The position numbers and the translations under genes are program-made. Positions 51,926-64,000 of a stretch of 64,000 nucleotides of DNA are shown here, piece after piece; position 1 is the stretch's first letter, and the number at the start of each line of letters is the position of its first letter. The notes below the pieces were generated by a model that did no database searches, had not been told where the DNA came from, and worked only from the letters and a program-made list of their open reading frames with translations. Source of the stretch: Heteronotia binoei (Eukaryota); the NCBI RefSeq assembly GCF_032191835.1, contig NC_083240.1, positions 248,001 through 312,000 of the forward strand, written 5' to 3'.

Positions 51926-53973
51926 CCTGGATCTGCTGCCCACTAAGATCTTCTGGCTGCTACTACCTGAAATACTGTCTGCATAAAGAGGCCTGAATGT
52001 TTATGAACATAAAATGGGCATGTTTGGTTTGGTTGACTTTAAAAAACAAACAAACTTGTACCACCTTACAAGAAATACAAGCTGATCATTGTAGTATTTG
52101 CACCCATTGCTTTGAGTTTGGGAGCACGAAAGGAACGTCTGTGCAGAAGAGACTTTGCAGCATTACATCCGTGGCACTCCCACTCCACAACTGCATGGCA
52201 CAAGCCAAGCCTCTGCCAGCTTTAGGGCTTTTATTTTTGTTCAGATTTTTTATTAACGTTTTAAGTTCTGCTTATTCCATTCTGCCAGTTATTGACCTTT
52301 AGTGCTGGACTTGCTAAAAGCCACTGTACATCCGTGGTACCAAAAAACAGTTTTATTCAGCAATTAATCGCTCACATAATTTGTAAGCTGTCCTATAAGC
52401 TCTGTGCAGGAATACCTTCTTCATACCTCCTTTCTGATAGAAAGGGAAGGATGTGGCTTAGCCCTATTAATGGCTATTAGCCACCAACATGTGAACAGCT
52501 GTGCTCTGGGCAGAAGTGTGAAGACCCTGGAAAAATGAGAACAACCCCTCCTTTGAAATATTTTCTCTTAGAATGAATAAATGCTTCTCAAGATGAGATT
52601 TTTTACATTCAAAATGTATAGCATGAAAAAAATCATTTTCTTCAATTAAAAACTGGGAAATCTGAGGAAGTACTAAAACATACTATAACATGTCCAACAT
52701 TTTAAAGATTGTGTTTAACTAGTATACATTAAAGGATGCATTGTTTTTAGTGATATAAAGTTAGGCTTAAAATCCAAACAGGAGGCAGTTCTACCTATAG
52801 TAACCACAGAGTTTCAGTCCACTTCCTTCTGCTTACTACAGAATTTTTCTATTCCCCCATCTTAAGATGGCAAAAACTGATGGTCCATAGGCAATGGTAA
52901 CCTAGGGTGCAGCAGTCTGTAACTCTCTCAAATAATATGTATGCTTGCAATTTTTCTTAATAAAAAATGAAGCTATTGTACTTCTAAAAGACTCCTATAA
53001 TTCCACCCCCCCCCCCTTTCAAGGCCCATATTTGGCATGGGAAGCATGGCCTGCCTCCAGCCTTCCAGCAAGTTTGGGGCAGATGTACTCCGGAATCACA
53101 CAGCTCCTTCTCTTAGCTGCTCCGTTAGGCCAGCCTCCCATTCACACACTTTGCTTCTTTGTTGGGACTTCTTACCTTGGTCTGTGGCCAGCAGAGATTT
53201 TTTTCTACTTAGATACTTTTGACACTTTTAATCCATTTTGCCTGTGACAAAACGAGGCCTTAAAATGCTCTCAAAATTCATCCAGCGAAAATGCCCCTGA
53301 GCACGGGGGGGTGGGGTGGGCTCTTTCCCTTCGTAGGCACTGGAATGGAGGGGGTGCTGCCCTGGGCCTGAAGAGGGAGAAAAGCAGAGCCCTTTGTAGA
53401 GAGCCAATATTCTCCTTCCCACAACTGCTCACCCTTGACAACAGGGCAAACCAAGGCAGCAAACAAATATTCTGAGCAAGAACCACCTTGGAAATGCTAG
53501 GGCCCACTCTGTTTGCTATTTGCAGAGCACATGATCCTGAAGCTGCCGCCTACTAGTGAGGTGCCAGGTGCCACCACAAAGGAGTGGAACAATTCCTACC
53601 ACTTCTAACACTCTGCTATGCGGAAACTGCAAACTGCATGTCATTCCTTCCACAGACGTGAGATGAGTCATAAGCATTCAGGAGATGCATAGCAGATGCA
53701 AGAGATGTTAGTGATAAAAAAGCCTTCTTCTTTGGCGCTCATTCTCAACTCTCTCTGCCTTTCCCAGCCTCCATGTTTCCTCTCAAAGGCTGTACAGGCG
53801 GATGCCTCTCAGCCTGGCTGGCCTGAAATTTGGTCAGCAGAGCCTGCCAGGGCCTCCCACTGCCTTTATTCCAAAGCACTACAGGCCCACCCAGCTGGCC
53901 CACAACCAAGACCCACAAGATCACTCTTATATCAGAAGGAGAATGGCTAACAGCAACACTAGTTTATAACATT

Positions 53974-54730
53974 TGTGGAGAAACGCCATTTTAGGCTTGT
54001 ACTTAACTGGAGGCAGGCTTTGGGGCCTAGTCTCTTCCTCCCCCCCCTCCCCCCCTCCTGTCTGGAAGCAGCAATTCTGAGGCCTCCTAGAGAGACAGGA
54101 AGTCTTTCAGGCTGGGTTCCCAGAAGGCTGCAGAAGAATAAACCAGTTCCTGGGCGGGAACTGAGTTTTATATTGGAGATTTTGGACAGGAAGTTTTCAG
54201 TTTGTTTTGAGTTCAGTCAGTTCAGTTGAGTTGGTGCGTCTGTCTGTTCTGGAAGGTATGGTCAGGGCAAGTATTAGAAAATGGAGAGAAGGAGCGTTTT
54301 CCCTCTGCTATGATTTGTTGCTTCTGTTCACTTTTTTAAAAAATGCTTGTAAATAGTTATATAAATATTTGTCCCTCTGTGCCACTTAGTTTCCCCAGCC
54401 ACCTTAGAGCACGCTACTGCAAGAGGGGAGTCCAGAGAAGGGGGAAGGCATGCAGTTGGTAAGGGTTCCAGTCCTCCAGGGGTCTCCCAAAGAAGGGCTT
54501 TGGTCTCTGTGATAACCAGGTGCTGGGTTGGCAGAGGACCTTGAGGCCAGACCTGAGAACTGGCAAGGGGGATTGGGAGTCCTGCTCCTCTCAGTCAGGA
54601 ACCCCTAAATTGAGCAGGTGGTGGTAGCGCACCCAAGTGGCAGGAAGATTAGCTCCCTCCAGGAGTTGGCAACCCAAAAGGGAGTTGACGGGACTGGGTC
54701 CAAAGGTCAAATCGGGCCAGTTCCGTCACA
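53974..54730. mobile_element. Solo LTR (757 bp), TG...CA with a 5-bp TSD ACATT
   Basis: acatt|TGTGGAG...CCGTCACA|acatt (TSD at 53969-53973 and 54731-54735); terminal TGTG/CACA; internal tgtaaatagttatataaata suggests + orientation. Confidence 0.75.
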
Positions 54731-54799
54731 ACATTACTCCACCAACTGGCCCCATCTCTGCTGCAGCATAAACTTATTTTATTTACTACCTTCGGGTCA

Positions 54800-54966
54800 C
54801 CTGAGCTGCCACTTATAACTTGTTATGATCTGTCGAACTGTATTGTCCATCGGTCTGGTTTTAACTGCTGTTTTTATACTGTTTTTAGAATGTTGTGATC
54901 CGCCCTGAGCCCATCCTTGGGAAAGGGCGGACTATAAATTGCCTAAAATAAATAAACAAACAAACA
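54800..54966 (+). mobile_element. L2 3'-end fragment
   Basis: gatccgccctgagccc..gggcggactataaat followed by an (AAAT/AAAC)n tail, like 37385-37475. Confidence 0.7.
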
Positions 54967-55759
54967 TTACTGAGCATCAGGAAATACCTCACCGATGCTG
55001 AGCATTTAAGGCCATACTTCGATCAAGAAATCTGCAACCAAAGCTGATGGATCCTCGCTAGGAAAAGAAAGTTTCTGGTTGGCTCTAAATAAAAAGAAGA
55101 GACAGACCGACATTGGATTCATCTCATGTTGAAGTCACAACCCAAAGGGAGTGTGTGTGAATGGGAGGCATGGCATCAGGGCTGTTCTAGCAAAGCAGCT
55201 TAAGAGAATTTCCTGGGAGCAGAAAATAGTATTTTTCTTTTCCGAGAGTTTTTTTTTTTAAAATACCCTTCCCTTCACCATTTTGTTCCCAAGGCAGCTT
55301 ACAGAGAATATACACCACAAGCTTAAAGCTTAGCCAAATCCTCTCCCACAGCTGCTCAACCAAAAGGGCCAGGCCCTCTTCTCTCCTGCTGCAGGTGGTT
55401 CGCCCAGAGGCACTCAGAAAGGAGCTCAGTTCCTCCAGGTTATGCGCAGAGTTCATTTTATGACATGTGTTTTTATTGTCAACCAAAACTGGAAGTGAGT
55501 CAGTCACAGGAAGTGAAATTACCAGCTACCCCCGCTCAGTAGTAGAATGTCCACAACTCTGATGTTCTCATTAAGCCACTCATTCATGTGTGTGCCGATG
55601 CAGAACACTCTGTATGGAACCCTGGTCTAAACAAGCCCATCCATTTGGATCCCCACCATTAAGAATGCCTCAGGAGCCCACTGAAGAACGGATGACCTGC
55701 AGCTGCCTGCAGGTGGGTGGGTGGGTGGATCACCGTGCTGGTCTGAAGCAACCAGACAA

Positions 55760-56150
55760 AGTGTGAGTCCAGTCAAGCACTTTGAAGACCAACAAACTTT
55801 TATTCCAGGTATAAGCTTCCATGTGCAGGCACTCTTCTTCAGTCATATGAACATATGAAGCTGCCTTATACTGAATCAGACCCCCCTCGATCCATCAAAG
55901 TCAGTACTGTCTACTCAGACTGGCAGCAGCTCTCCAGGGTCTCAAGCTGAGGTTTTTCACACTTATTTGGCTGGACCCTTCTTAGTTGGGAGATGCCGGG
56001 GATTGAACCTGGGACCTTCTGCTTACCAAGCAGATGCTATACCACTGAGCCACTATTCCTCTGTATTTAAAGAAGCGTGCATGCACATGGAAGCATATGT
56101 ATACCATAAATAAAACTTGTTTTAAATGTGCCACTGGGCACAAACTTTAT
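55760..56150. mobile_element. Inverted pair of degenerate Penelope-type repeats with a Squam2-like SINE (55844-56020, minus) at the centre
   Basis: Left: gaagaccaacaaactttattccaggtataagcttccatgtgcaggcactcttcttcag. Right: taaagaagcgtgcatgcacatggaagc..aataaaacttg. The SINE is of the same family as 19399-19607. Confidence 0.65.
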
Positions 56151-58841
56151 TCTGCAGCTGCTTTGTTACTGTGCCTATGTAAAGTTCTCCAAGGACAGTC
56201 TGTGACTGATAAAAGGCAATCCTCTCAACTTCCCCACATCTGAAGAAACAAAATTTCTAGAACTGGGTGGGGGGAGAGAAAGAGGGCAACTGCTGTCTGT
56301 TTTCCAAAGGGTGGGGGGGACCCACAGCAACTTGGGAGAAAATTAACTTGCACACAACACTAATTTTCCTATCAACCCTAAACTTATTTTGCTGCTTTAA
56401 CATCACGCACAACCCCACATGAAGCTGCCTTTTCCTGAATCAGATCCTTGGTCCACCAAGGTCAGTCTTGACTACTCAAACACTTAGCATACACAATTGT
56501 ACTATCTGCCCTTTTGATGAAATTTAAAAATATTAATGTCTTACATTTTCTACAAGCAACACTCCAAATACAGTCAACATTTGACAGAGACCTTCAAAGT
56601 GCAGCACCCTACACTAACCTTAGGACATGTATCTTAATTTTTGCCATCTGAAAAGAAGAGGGGATATGGCTGTGGTATATATACAGTAATCATCAATGAA
56701 TGCTGGAGGTTGTCTTGCATAAATTTCTCATGCTACACATTTCAAATAAAAATAAATTCTTGCTTCAGAAAGCATTTCTTTCATTCCAAACGATAAAAAT
56801 ATTTCACATGAGGTTTTTTTTTTAATTGAAACAATTGGAGGGGGGGTCGTCTTTGAGAGAAGAAAGCTTATTGTTTTCTTCTGCTTCTTTTCCGCAGGCC
56901 TTCACACCCAATATATCCCAAAGAAATAAAAGGAAAAAAGAATAAACCCAAGTTAGAAACACTGTTACCTCACCCACCTTTTCAAGCAGTAATGTCAAAA
57001 TATTTAGCATTACGAAGTGGGTTCCAGTGCATAAAAGTTTATGTCTTTTAGTGTTCATCTGTAAAGCCTTCCCCCCGCCACCGCCCCGGACACTCCTGCT
57101 TGGGCTTTTCAAGCAACCAAATATCTAATGTGTTTTCAGTCTGGAGGCAGGCCTTTATGCCACTTAATTCTTAATTCCAGCTCTAAATTTATGGGTGGGA
57201 AAGATGATAGTCCTCTGCACAGAAAAATTGCAAATCTCTGCAACTGCAGCAAGAAAAAAAGTCTTCAGGTTCCAGTGCTACAAAAGCTCCACCCCAAAGC
57301 TAAGACAGCAAGACCTCTGCTAAGTGAACACAAATATAAGACAATGCATTTCAGAAATGGGCTCTCTTCCAGAAGGAATCTGAAGAGTTCTCAGGGATGC
57401 AGCAAAACTCAGAAATGTGTGCCCAGGTCAGCCAGCTCCCCCTTCCTGCTGGCATGTCACCAGCATTTGCCCTTGTGTACTAGGGCTGCCCACAGGCCTG
57501 GAAACCTGCTTGTTCCCTCAGCCACCTCCTCCCGTTTGTTCGTTTGCTAGCCGGCCATGCAAGCAGCCTCTCGGGAGGTGGCACGCAGCCAAAGTAGACC
57601 GGATGATTCCAGTTCAGGCTGGTTCAGGAGACACAGACACAGAGCTGCTTGCACTGCCTCCATGGAAGACAATGTTCCCAGCTCACTGGCTGTGAAGAGT
57701 GCAGCCCCCCACCCCGCTTGCATTTGCAGAGCCTTCCTATTTGAAAGAAGGAAGAAAAAGAAAGCCCCCCCCCCATGTTCAGATCCAATTTCCAAACCAG
57801 TCCTCTCTCTCTCTCTCTCTGTTTTCCCAGGGTCAGAACTGGGTTGGATGCATAATATTTCAAAGCCTTCCATAAGATTTGTGATTGCTTAAAAATGACA
57901 CACTATGCTACAGACATCCTCTCCAAAGAACAGAACATCCCAGGAAGCAGTTGCAGAAAGAAACCCCTCCATTTCTCTCTCTCTCACACACACACACACA
58001 CCCCAACACCCAAAAAGTGCCAGTGGGGTAGAGCTTAAGGCAAGGAGTGCAACCAGTGCTGAAAGCCTGAAAAGCCAGCAGAAGCATTTCAGAACCAAAG
58101 AAGAACATCCATTACATGGAAGCTGTTGAACGGACTATTTTAGAGAGCTAGAGACGAGCTGACACAACGTGCTGCTGCTTTACCATTTTCACAACTCTAC
58201 AAGCCAGCTGTCTGGACAACAGTTCCTTGGGCTTATGTCCTCAGAAAGCTCTTTTTCCTGAGGAAAACAAAGAGCAAACAAGCTGTCCTTCCACTCAAAG
58301 TACAGCAAGAAAAGCTGTGTGTGTGTGTGTTCCGTTAAAGGAGGAACTGGATACCTTCTGGAGGGAAACACTGCACTAGGATAGCCATGCCAGCCTCCAG
58401 GCATATCTCACCTTCACAACTAATCTCCAGCTGGCAGAGACCACCTCCCCTGGAGAAAATGATGGTTTTGGTGGGTGGACTCCAGACCCCTCTCCTGGCT
58501 CCACTCCCAAAGTCTCCAGGCATTTCCCAGCACAGACCTGGCAACCCTAGAAGAGGTGGCCTTGGGTGACTTCAGCTGAGGCAACGTACTAACCATGGGA
58601 ACCACAGGCCAGGATTTCTCACACAGAGCTTTCTTTAAAAGCCCTCCTCACATCCCATGATGGCAATGTGGGTCTACCTGAGCAGAAGATTCTGGGCTTT
58701 ACAACTTCTTTCAGACAAGGTCTACACATCTCCTCTTTCGAGAAAGCAAATGTGCTTGTCTCCCATGCACACACCCCTCCCCACACCTGTACAGATACCA
58801 CGCAGTGAGTCTCTTCTTCACCCCATTAGCTTCTTCTAGAC

Positions 58842-59339
58842 CAGGAGTGGCCAAACTGTGGCTCGCGAGCCACATGTGGCTCTTTCACACATATTGTGTG
58901 GCTCTCACCCCCATCAGCCAGCTTGGAGAAAAAATTTGTCTCTTTAAATCACTTCCCCAAGTCAAGGCAGCTGGCAGCTTGATGAATGCATTTAATTTAT
59001 AATGGTCCAACTGTCTATTTAATTTTAACTTAATTTATGAATGCAATTTTATCTATTTTAATTGTTTAATTGTTCTGTAGTATTATTGTATTTTATTGTA
59101 ATCATGGTGTATACCGTGTCGTGTTAGCCGCCCTGAGCCTGCCTTTGGCGGGGGAGGGCGGGATATAAAAATAAATTTATTATTATTATTATTAAAGTTG
59201 AAGTTGCTTTGTCTCCCTCCCCATCTATTTTCCTTCCTTCCTTCCATTGTCAAACATCTGACGTTCATGTCTTGTGGGTCTCAACCATCTAACATTTATT
59301 CTATGTGGCTCTTACATTAAGCAAGTTAGGCCTCCACTG
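58842..59339. mobile_element. hAT (Charlie-type) MITE interrupted by an L2 3' fragment (~58998-59195)
   Basis: TSD ttctagac (58834-58841)/ctctagac (59340-59347); degenerate TIR caggagtggccaaact/aagttaggcctccactg; the insert ends gttagccgccctgagcc..gggcgggatataaaaataaat(tat)n. Confidence 0.8.
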
Positions 59340-60891
59340 CTCTAGACCAAAGAGTAAAGACAAACTGCACTTGCTGAGTGAGGCTCAGCTATGGATCGGC
59401 TTCACAGTTGTCCTGCCATGCAGGAACCTCTTAGCCCCCTCACTAAACTCAAGACAACATTTACGGCAGTGAGTCATCACTAGCTGGCAAATTTTTGAGC
59501 AGGAAAGAAGGGCGGGAAATGGTAGGGAAAGTCCAACATTATGCAATGAAGTGAAGTCCCCCAATTTCTGCTTTAACTCTAGCAGCAGAGTGGAGCCACA
59601 AGCAAGAGAACAGACACCCCACAAGAACTCCTGAAGCCAAGACGCAGGCAGCCTCTGATGCTGTGGCAGGGGGAATCTTTCTAAGCTCTCTGCTACACAG
59701 ACTTCCATATTCACGCGAGAAGAGAGACAAACAACGATAAATGAGCTTTCTCTGCCTGTTGTGTTTTGAGGGCAATAATTCCAACAACTTATTTTTCTAC
59801 CTTCCATCCAGTTTAACTATAGGCTCACTATCCCTTAAAGACTACTCTCATATTCATCTAGCACAGCTTCTGCTGATGTTGTCAGTGTTAAGGCTACATA
59901 ACCCTGGTGAAAAGATCTGTATCTGTATGACCGTGTGATAACTGATGACAAGTCAATAAGCATTAATAGGGCCAACCGAGTTTTCTGAAAAAAAAAGTTA
60001 TTTCACAATTTCTACTTTCAAGGTGCTTTACTGTACTTTAACTTGCAGAACTGGGTATCCAGAAGGATCCACTTTTCCCAGAGACACAAGCCAGCTGGTG
60101 CCCTCTGATGTTTCCCTCCCCCAAGTCTTCCTTTGTTCTTCTAGCCACAGCAGCCTCCAGAACAAACTACCTTTGAATGTTATCTGAACATTTCAGCTGG
60201 TGAAAAATTCAGAGACTATGATAAACACATATCAGGGACACTGGTTTCTGTTTGGTTTCCAAAAAGTCAAAGTCCCAAATGGCTTGGCTTTGATGTTCCC
60301 GAAGGCAGAGGGTGTTCACCCATATCAAGTGGCCCAGTTTCCAAGGCTGGAGGTGCTTTGCCCAAGGGACTCACATGAGAACCTCCCCCCCGCCCCACAA
60401 ATTAAGCAGCTGCCTTCAATCTGTGCAACTCTCCTGCCCCAGTTTCTCCCCCCGCCCTCCATCTTGCGGTGTAACTTGAGAACACATTAGTTTGGAATTA
60501 CTTCCATTGTCACCCTAAGTCTACAATGCTTTCCTGTATCAACACTATTTTGCTGACATGGTCTCCAGCTGTTAAGCTTGATGTCCTAACATATACTTAT
60601 TGGTTTATTGGATTTTTCTGTTGCTGTTGTTAGTTGCCCTGGATACCCTTTCAGAATCATAGGGCAAGATACAAACTCTATTAATAATCTACTGAAGAAT
60701 GCTACAAACCTAAGGAATGGCGTGATGGCCCTGCAGCCAGGCACTTTGCATGCATCCCTCACAATGGATTGTGAAGTGGGACCCTGAAGACTTTACTGCT
60801 GACCACATCTTTACCCGTGGAAAGCTACCCAACAATATATAAAGGGGCAGCACATGGTCAGTTCTGGGTCATCCAAACTTTGAGTCTCTGC

Positions 60892-60896
<5 letters not shown>

Positions 60897-60926
<30 letters not shown>
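60897..60926. repeat. (AG)15 microsatellite
   Basis: Read directly. Confidence 0.95.
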
Positions 60927-60930
<4 letters not shown>

Positions 60931-61414
60931 CTGTAAGGATTTGCACAAACTTGGCAAAAGGATTTCAAGACCAAGCAATTACTCCATTTTCTGCACAATC
61001 TTTGGGATTACATGAACTTCCCATTCTGGAAATGCAAGTATCATGACCTTGACTGTCAGAGTATAATGTCACTTCCACAGCTAAAGACATGAAGGTCAAA
61101 ATAAGTTTTCTCCTTCAAGGACCTCCCCCTGTCCCAGTTTTTCTGATAGGAAAACTGGGAAATGCTGGAGGGGGGAATCCCTCCTGTAAACTATTTTCTC
61201 CTTTAGTGTGAGTGAAATTCTTGTTTTTCTTACTCAATATGTATAGCATGAGAAACTGTCTGGACATTTTCAATGGAAACATTAGGAAATTTGCAGGGAG
61301 CACCTAAAAGCAACTATGAATGTTATTTTATTTTTGAAATAGTGAAATTATTCTGAAGATGAGGTTTTATGCAAAATGCGCAGTATCAAATTGTGTATAC
61401 AGAACAATCTACAG

Positions 61415-61768
61415 CAGGAGTCCCCAACCCCCCCGGGCTGAGACCGGTACCAGTCCATGGCCTGGAGTGAGGCAGAGGCACTGCACAGCCCCTTCCACCC
61501 GCCTGGGACCCAGTCAGATGAAAGCTTGGCCTCACTCCGAAGCACCACCTCTTTCATCCGCCTGGGTCCCAGGTGGGTGAAAGGGGCAGCACGGCAGCAA
61601 CCTTTGCCTACCCCTCATTTAAAGACCCCCATGAGGGCAGGGATGGGGCATAGTTAGGGAGCAGCCTGGGGTGGCAAAAACCCTAGCACACACCCCTCCT
61701 CATTGGTCTGCGGAAAAATTGTCTTCCACAAAACTGGTCCCTGGTGCCAAAAAGGCTGGGAGCCACTG
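61415..61768. mobile_element. hAT (MER1/Charlie3-like) MITE, 354 bp
   Basis: Perfect 8-bp TSD ATCTACAG (61407-61414, 61769-61776); ends caggagtccccaacc/ggctgggagccactg. Confidence 0.88.
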
Positions 61769-62151
61769 ATCTACAGTATTAGATGATAATTCCTATGTAT
61801 CCTGTAGACATATATCCCTTTTCTGCATTATGGCATGTCATGCTTTAGAAAGTTGTCTTGTTTGGCCTGGTTTCCCATTTCTGTAAACCCAGGCCTACTA
61901 CACAGTTGACCGGGTGTCTCTGCTGTCTGAGACTGAACTGTAAATTGCTTTGAGTTTTAGTGAGAAAAGTGGGCTATAAATGAATAAAAATTAAAAGTAT
62001 CTTTTCAAAGACTATTTGTTCAAATGTGAATTATTTTAGCAATAATTAATATGCTACAATGTGTTTAATGATAATACACAGTTTAAGAAGTGTTTTTAAT
62101 GTTATAAACTTTAATTTGATATCCAAATATGCTGGATACTTTTTGCAACTA

Positions 62152-62896
62152 TATGAGAACATAAGAACATAAGAGAAGCCATGCTGGATCAGGCCAACGG
62201 CCCATCCAGTCCAACACTCTGTGTCACACAGTGGCCAAAAATTTTATATACACACATACACTGTGGCTAATAGCCATTGATGGACCTCTGCTCCATATTT
62301 TTATCTAAACCCCTCTTGAAGGTGGCTATACTTGTGGCCGCCACCACCTCCTGTGGCAGTGAATTCCACATGTTAATCACCCTTTGGGTGAAGAAGTACT
62401 TCCTTTTATCCGTTTTAACCTGTCTGCTCAGCAATTTCATCGAATGCCCACGAGTTCTTGTATTGTGAGAAAGGGAGAAAAGTACCTCTTTCTCTACTTT
62501 CTCCATTCCATGCATTATCTTGTAAACCTCTATCATGTCACCCCGCAGTCGACGTTTCTCCAAGCTAAAGAGTCCCAAGCGTTTCAACCTTTCTTCATAG
62601 GGAAAGTGCTCCAGCCCTTTAATCATTCTAGTTGCCCTTCTCTGGACTTTCTCCAATGCTATAATATCCTTTTTGAGGTGCGGCGACCAGAACTGCACAC
62701 AGTACTCCAAATGAGACCGCACCATCGATTTATACAGGGGCATTATGATACTGGCTGATTTGTTTTCAATTCCCTTCCTAATAATTCCCAGCATGGCGTT
62801 GGCCTTTTTTATTGCAAACGCACACTGTCTTGACATTTTCAGTGAGTTATCTACCACAACCCCAAGATCTCTCTCTTGGTCCGTCTCTGCCAGTTC
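62152..62896 (-). mobile_element. Young 5'-truncated CR1 with an intact ORF2 C-terminus
   Basis: ORF 62267-62857 MVDNSLKMSRQ...EQRSINGY; tail rc(gaacataagaacataag). Confidence 0.95.
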
Positions 62897-62993
62897 TGAG
62901 GCTTTCTATCCAATCACCATTCTCTTGTTTTACTACACAATTTGTTTTCTGTATTCAATTTTTATTTTTTCCTATCAGATAGCAAAAATTAAT

Positions 62994-63267
62994 AGAAGAA
63001 TTGCAGATTTATATCCTGCCCTTCACTGAATCAGAGACTCAGAGCGGCTTACAATCTCCTATATCTTCTCCCCCCACAACAGACACCCTATGAGGTGGGT
63101 GGGGCTGAGAGAGCTCTCCCAGAAGCTGCCCTTTCATGGACAACTCCTGAAATAGCTGTGGCTAACCCAAGGCCATTCCAGCAGCTGTAAATGGAGGCGT
63201 TGGGAATCAAACTCAGTTCTCCCAGATAAGAGTCCATGCGCTTAACCACTATACCAAACCGGCTCTC
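62994..63267 (-). mobile_element. Squam3-like SINE
   Basis: Reverse-complement match to 21777-22051. Confidence 0.88.
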
Positions 63268-63300
63268 ACTCGTGTGCCAAAATAGCAAAAGGGAGGGGAA

Positions 63301-63460
63301 GTGGCGTAGCCTGATCTTGTCAGATCTTGGAAGACAGGCAGAGTGAGTGTTTGGGTGGGGACTGCCAGGGAAGGCTCTGCAGAGGATGGGTTCTTCCCAC
63401 CTGCCTGGAAAGCCCCTTCCTTGCTGCGGTCAATGGAAGTCAGCTGAACTTCACACAAAA
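63301..63460 (+). mobile_element. Degenerate 5S-derived SINE
   Basis: gcgtagcctgatcttgtcagatcttggaag is a 5S internal-control-region-like head, followed by a decayed Sauria-type tail. Confidence 0.55.
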
Positions 63461-64000
63461 AGTGCCAAACAGTGCTGCAATTGGCAACAGAGACACTTAT
63501 ACTTTTAAATTCCATAAATATTCCAAAACAGTAATATTTAATATGCTAAGTTATAAATGATGCATTAAAGTTTAATAGGGAAAGTATTGCACCAGTTTTC
63601 CCACAAATTTCCATTTTCCCCATGAGATCAATATTTCCAGAAATTTTATATCTCCAGTCATAGCTCAGCTAAAAACGACACTGCACTATGAGCAAAGGGG
63701 ACACTACGAAGTTGATGTCTCATCATGATAAGACAGGTCCTTGCGCTGCTTGGTGACTGCCTTCCCACAGTGGGAAGAAGCACCCTGTGATGAACGTCCA
63801 GCAGCCGGCACTCTTGCCAAGCTCACAGCATCACAGCCATGTTCAGGCATGAACTGCGGGGAGGCCACTAACACTAACTAGAAGAGACACCCACAGCTTT
63901 CAAACGCTGGCTGTGCCTGTGGATTACATGTTTCCCAATGCCAGCCTTAAAGTTAATTGCCCGCACACAGAAATGTACTCACACATACCCATGCTGGTTT

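Noticed and set aside
43196-64000. SPEN exons 1-3 or another gene in the last 21 kb
   Set aside because: No RS-rich exon 3 or RRM1 peptide was found in any frame and the short ORFs have no recognisable domains; treated as SPEN intron 3 continuing beyond the window.

Overview
This is a vertebrate genomic window, not a prokaryotic one. The repeat content (Squam3-like and 5S-Sauria-like SINEs, CR1, L2, hAT MITEs, Penelope-type repeats) points to a squamate reptile, probably a gecko (inference). It holds two convergent genes in the same tail-to-tail arrangement as in human. ZBTB17 (MIZ-1) is complete on + (14 coding exons, 3269-11842, 808 aa) with a CpG-island promoter preceded by a dimeric GC-rich tandem array. 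SPEN (SHARP/MINT) lies on -, from exon 4 (human numbering) to the stop at 15883, including a 7834-nt giant exon 11; exons 1-3 were not found and are presumably beyond the window end. There is a 308-N assembly gap at 37583-37890. The most striking unexplained structure is in SPEN intron 13: two ~355-bp inverted arms (~85% identical) enclose a 407-bp copy of SPEN's own exon 11, and the central 200 bp of that copy is almost identical to the exon while its flanks are ~12% diverged. Other notable items are an intact-looking minimal hammerhead ribozyme in a Penelope-like fragment, a GC-AG donor preceding the giant exon, uORFs plus an in-frame upstream ATG in ZBTB17, a solo LTR, and several TSD-bounded MITEs and nested insertions. 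All identities and counts are from hand alignment; no database searches were run.
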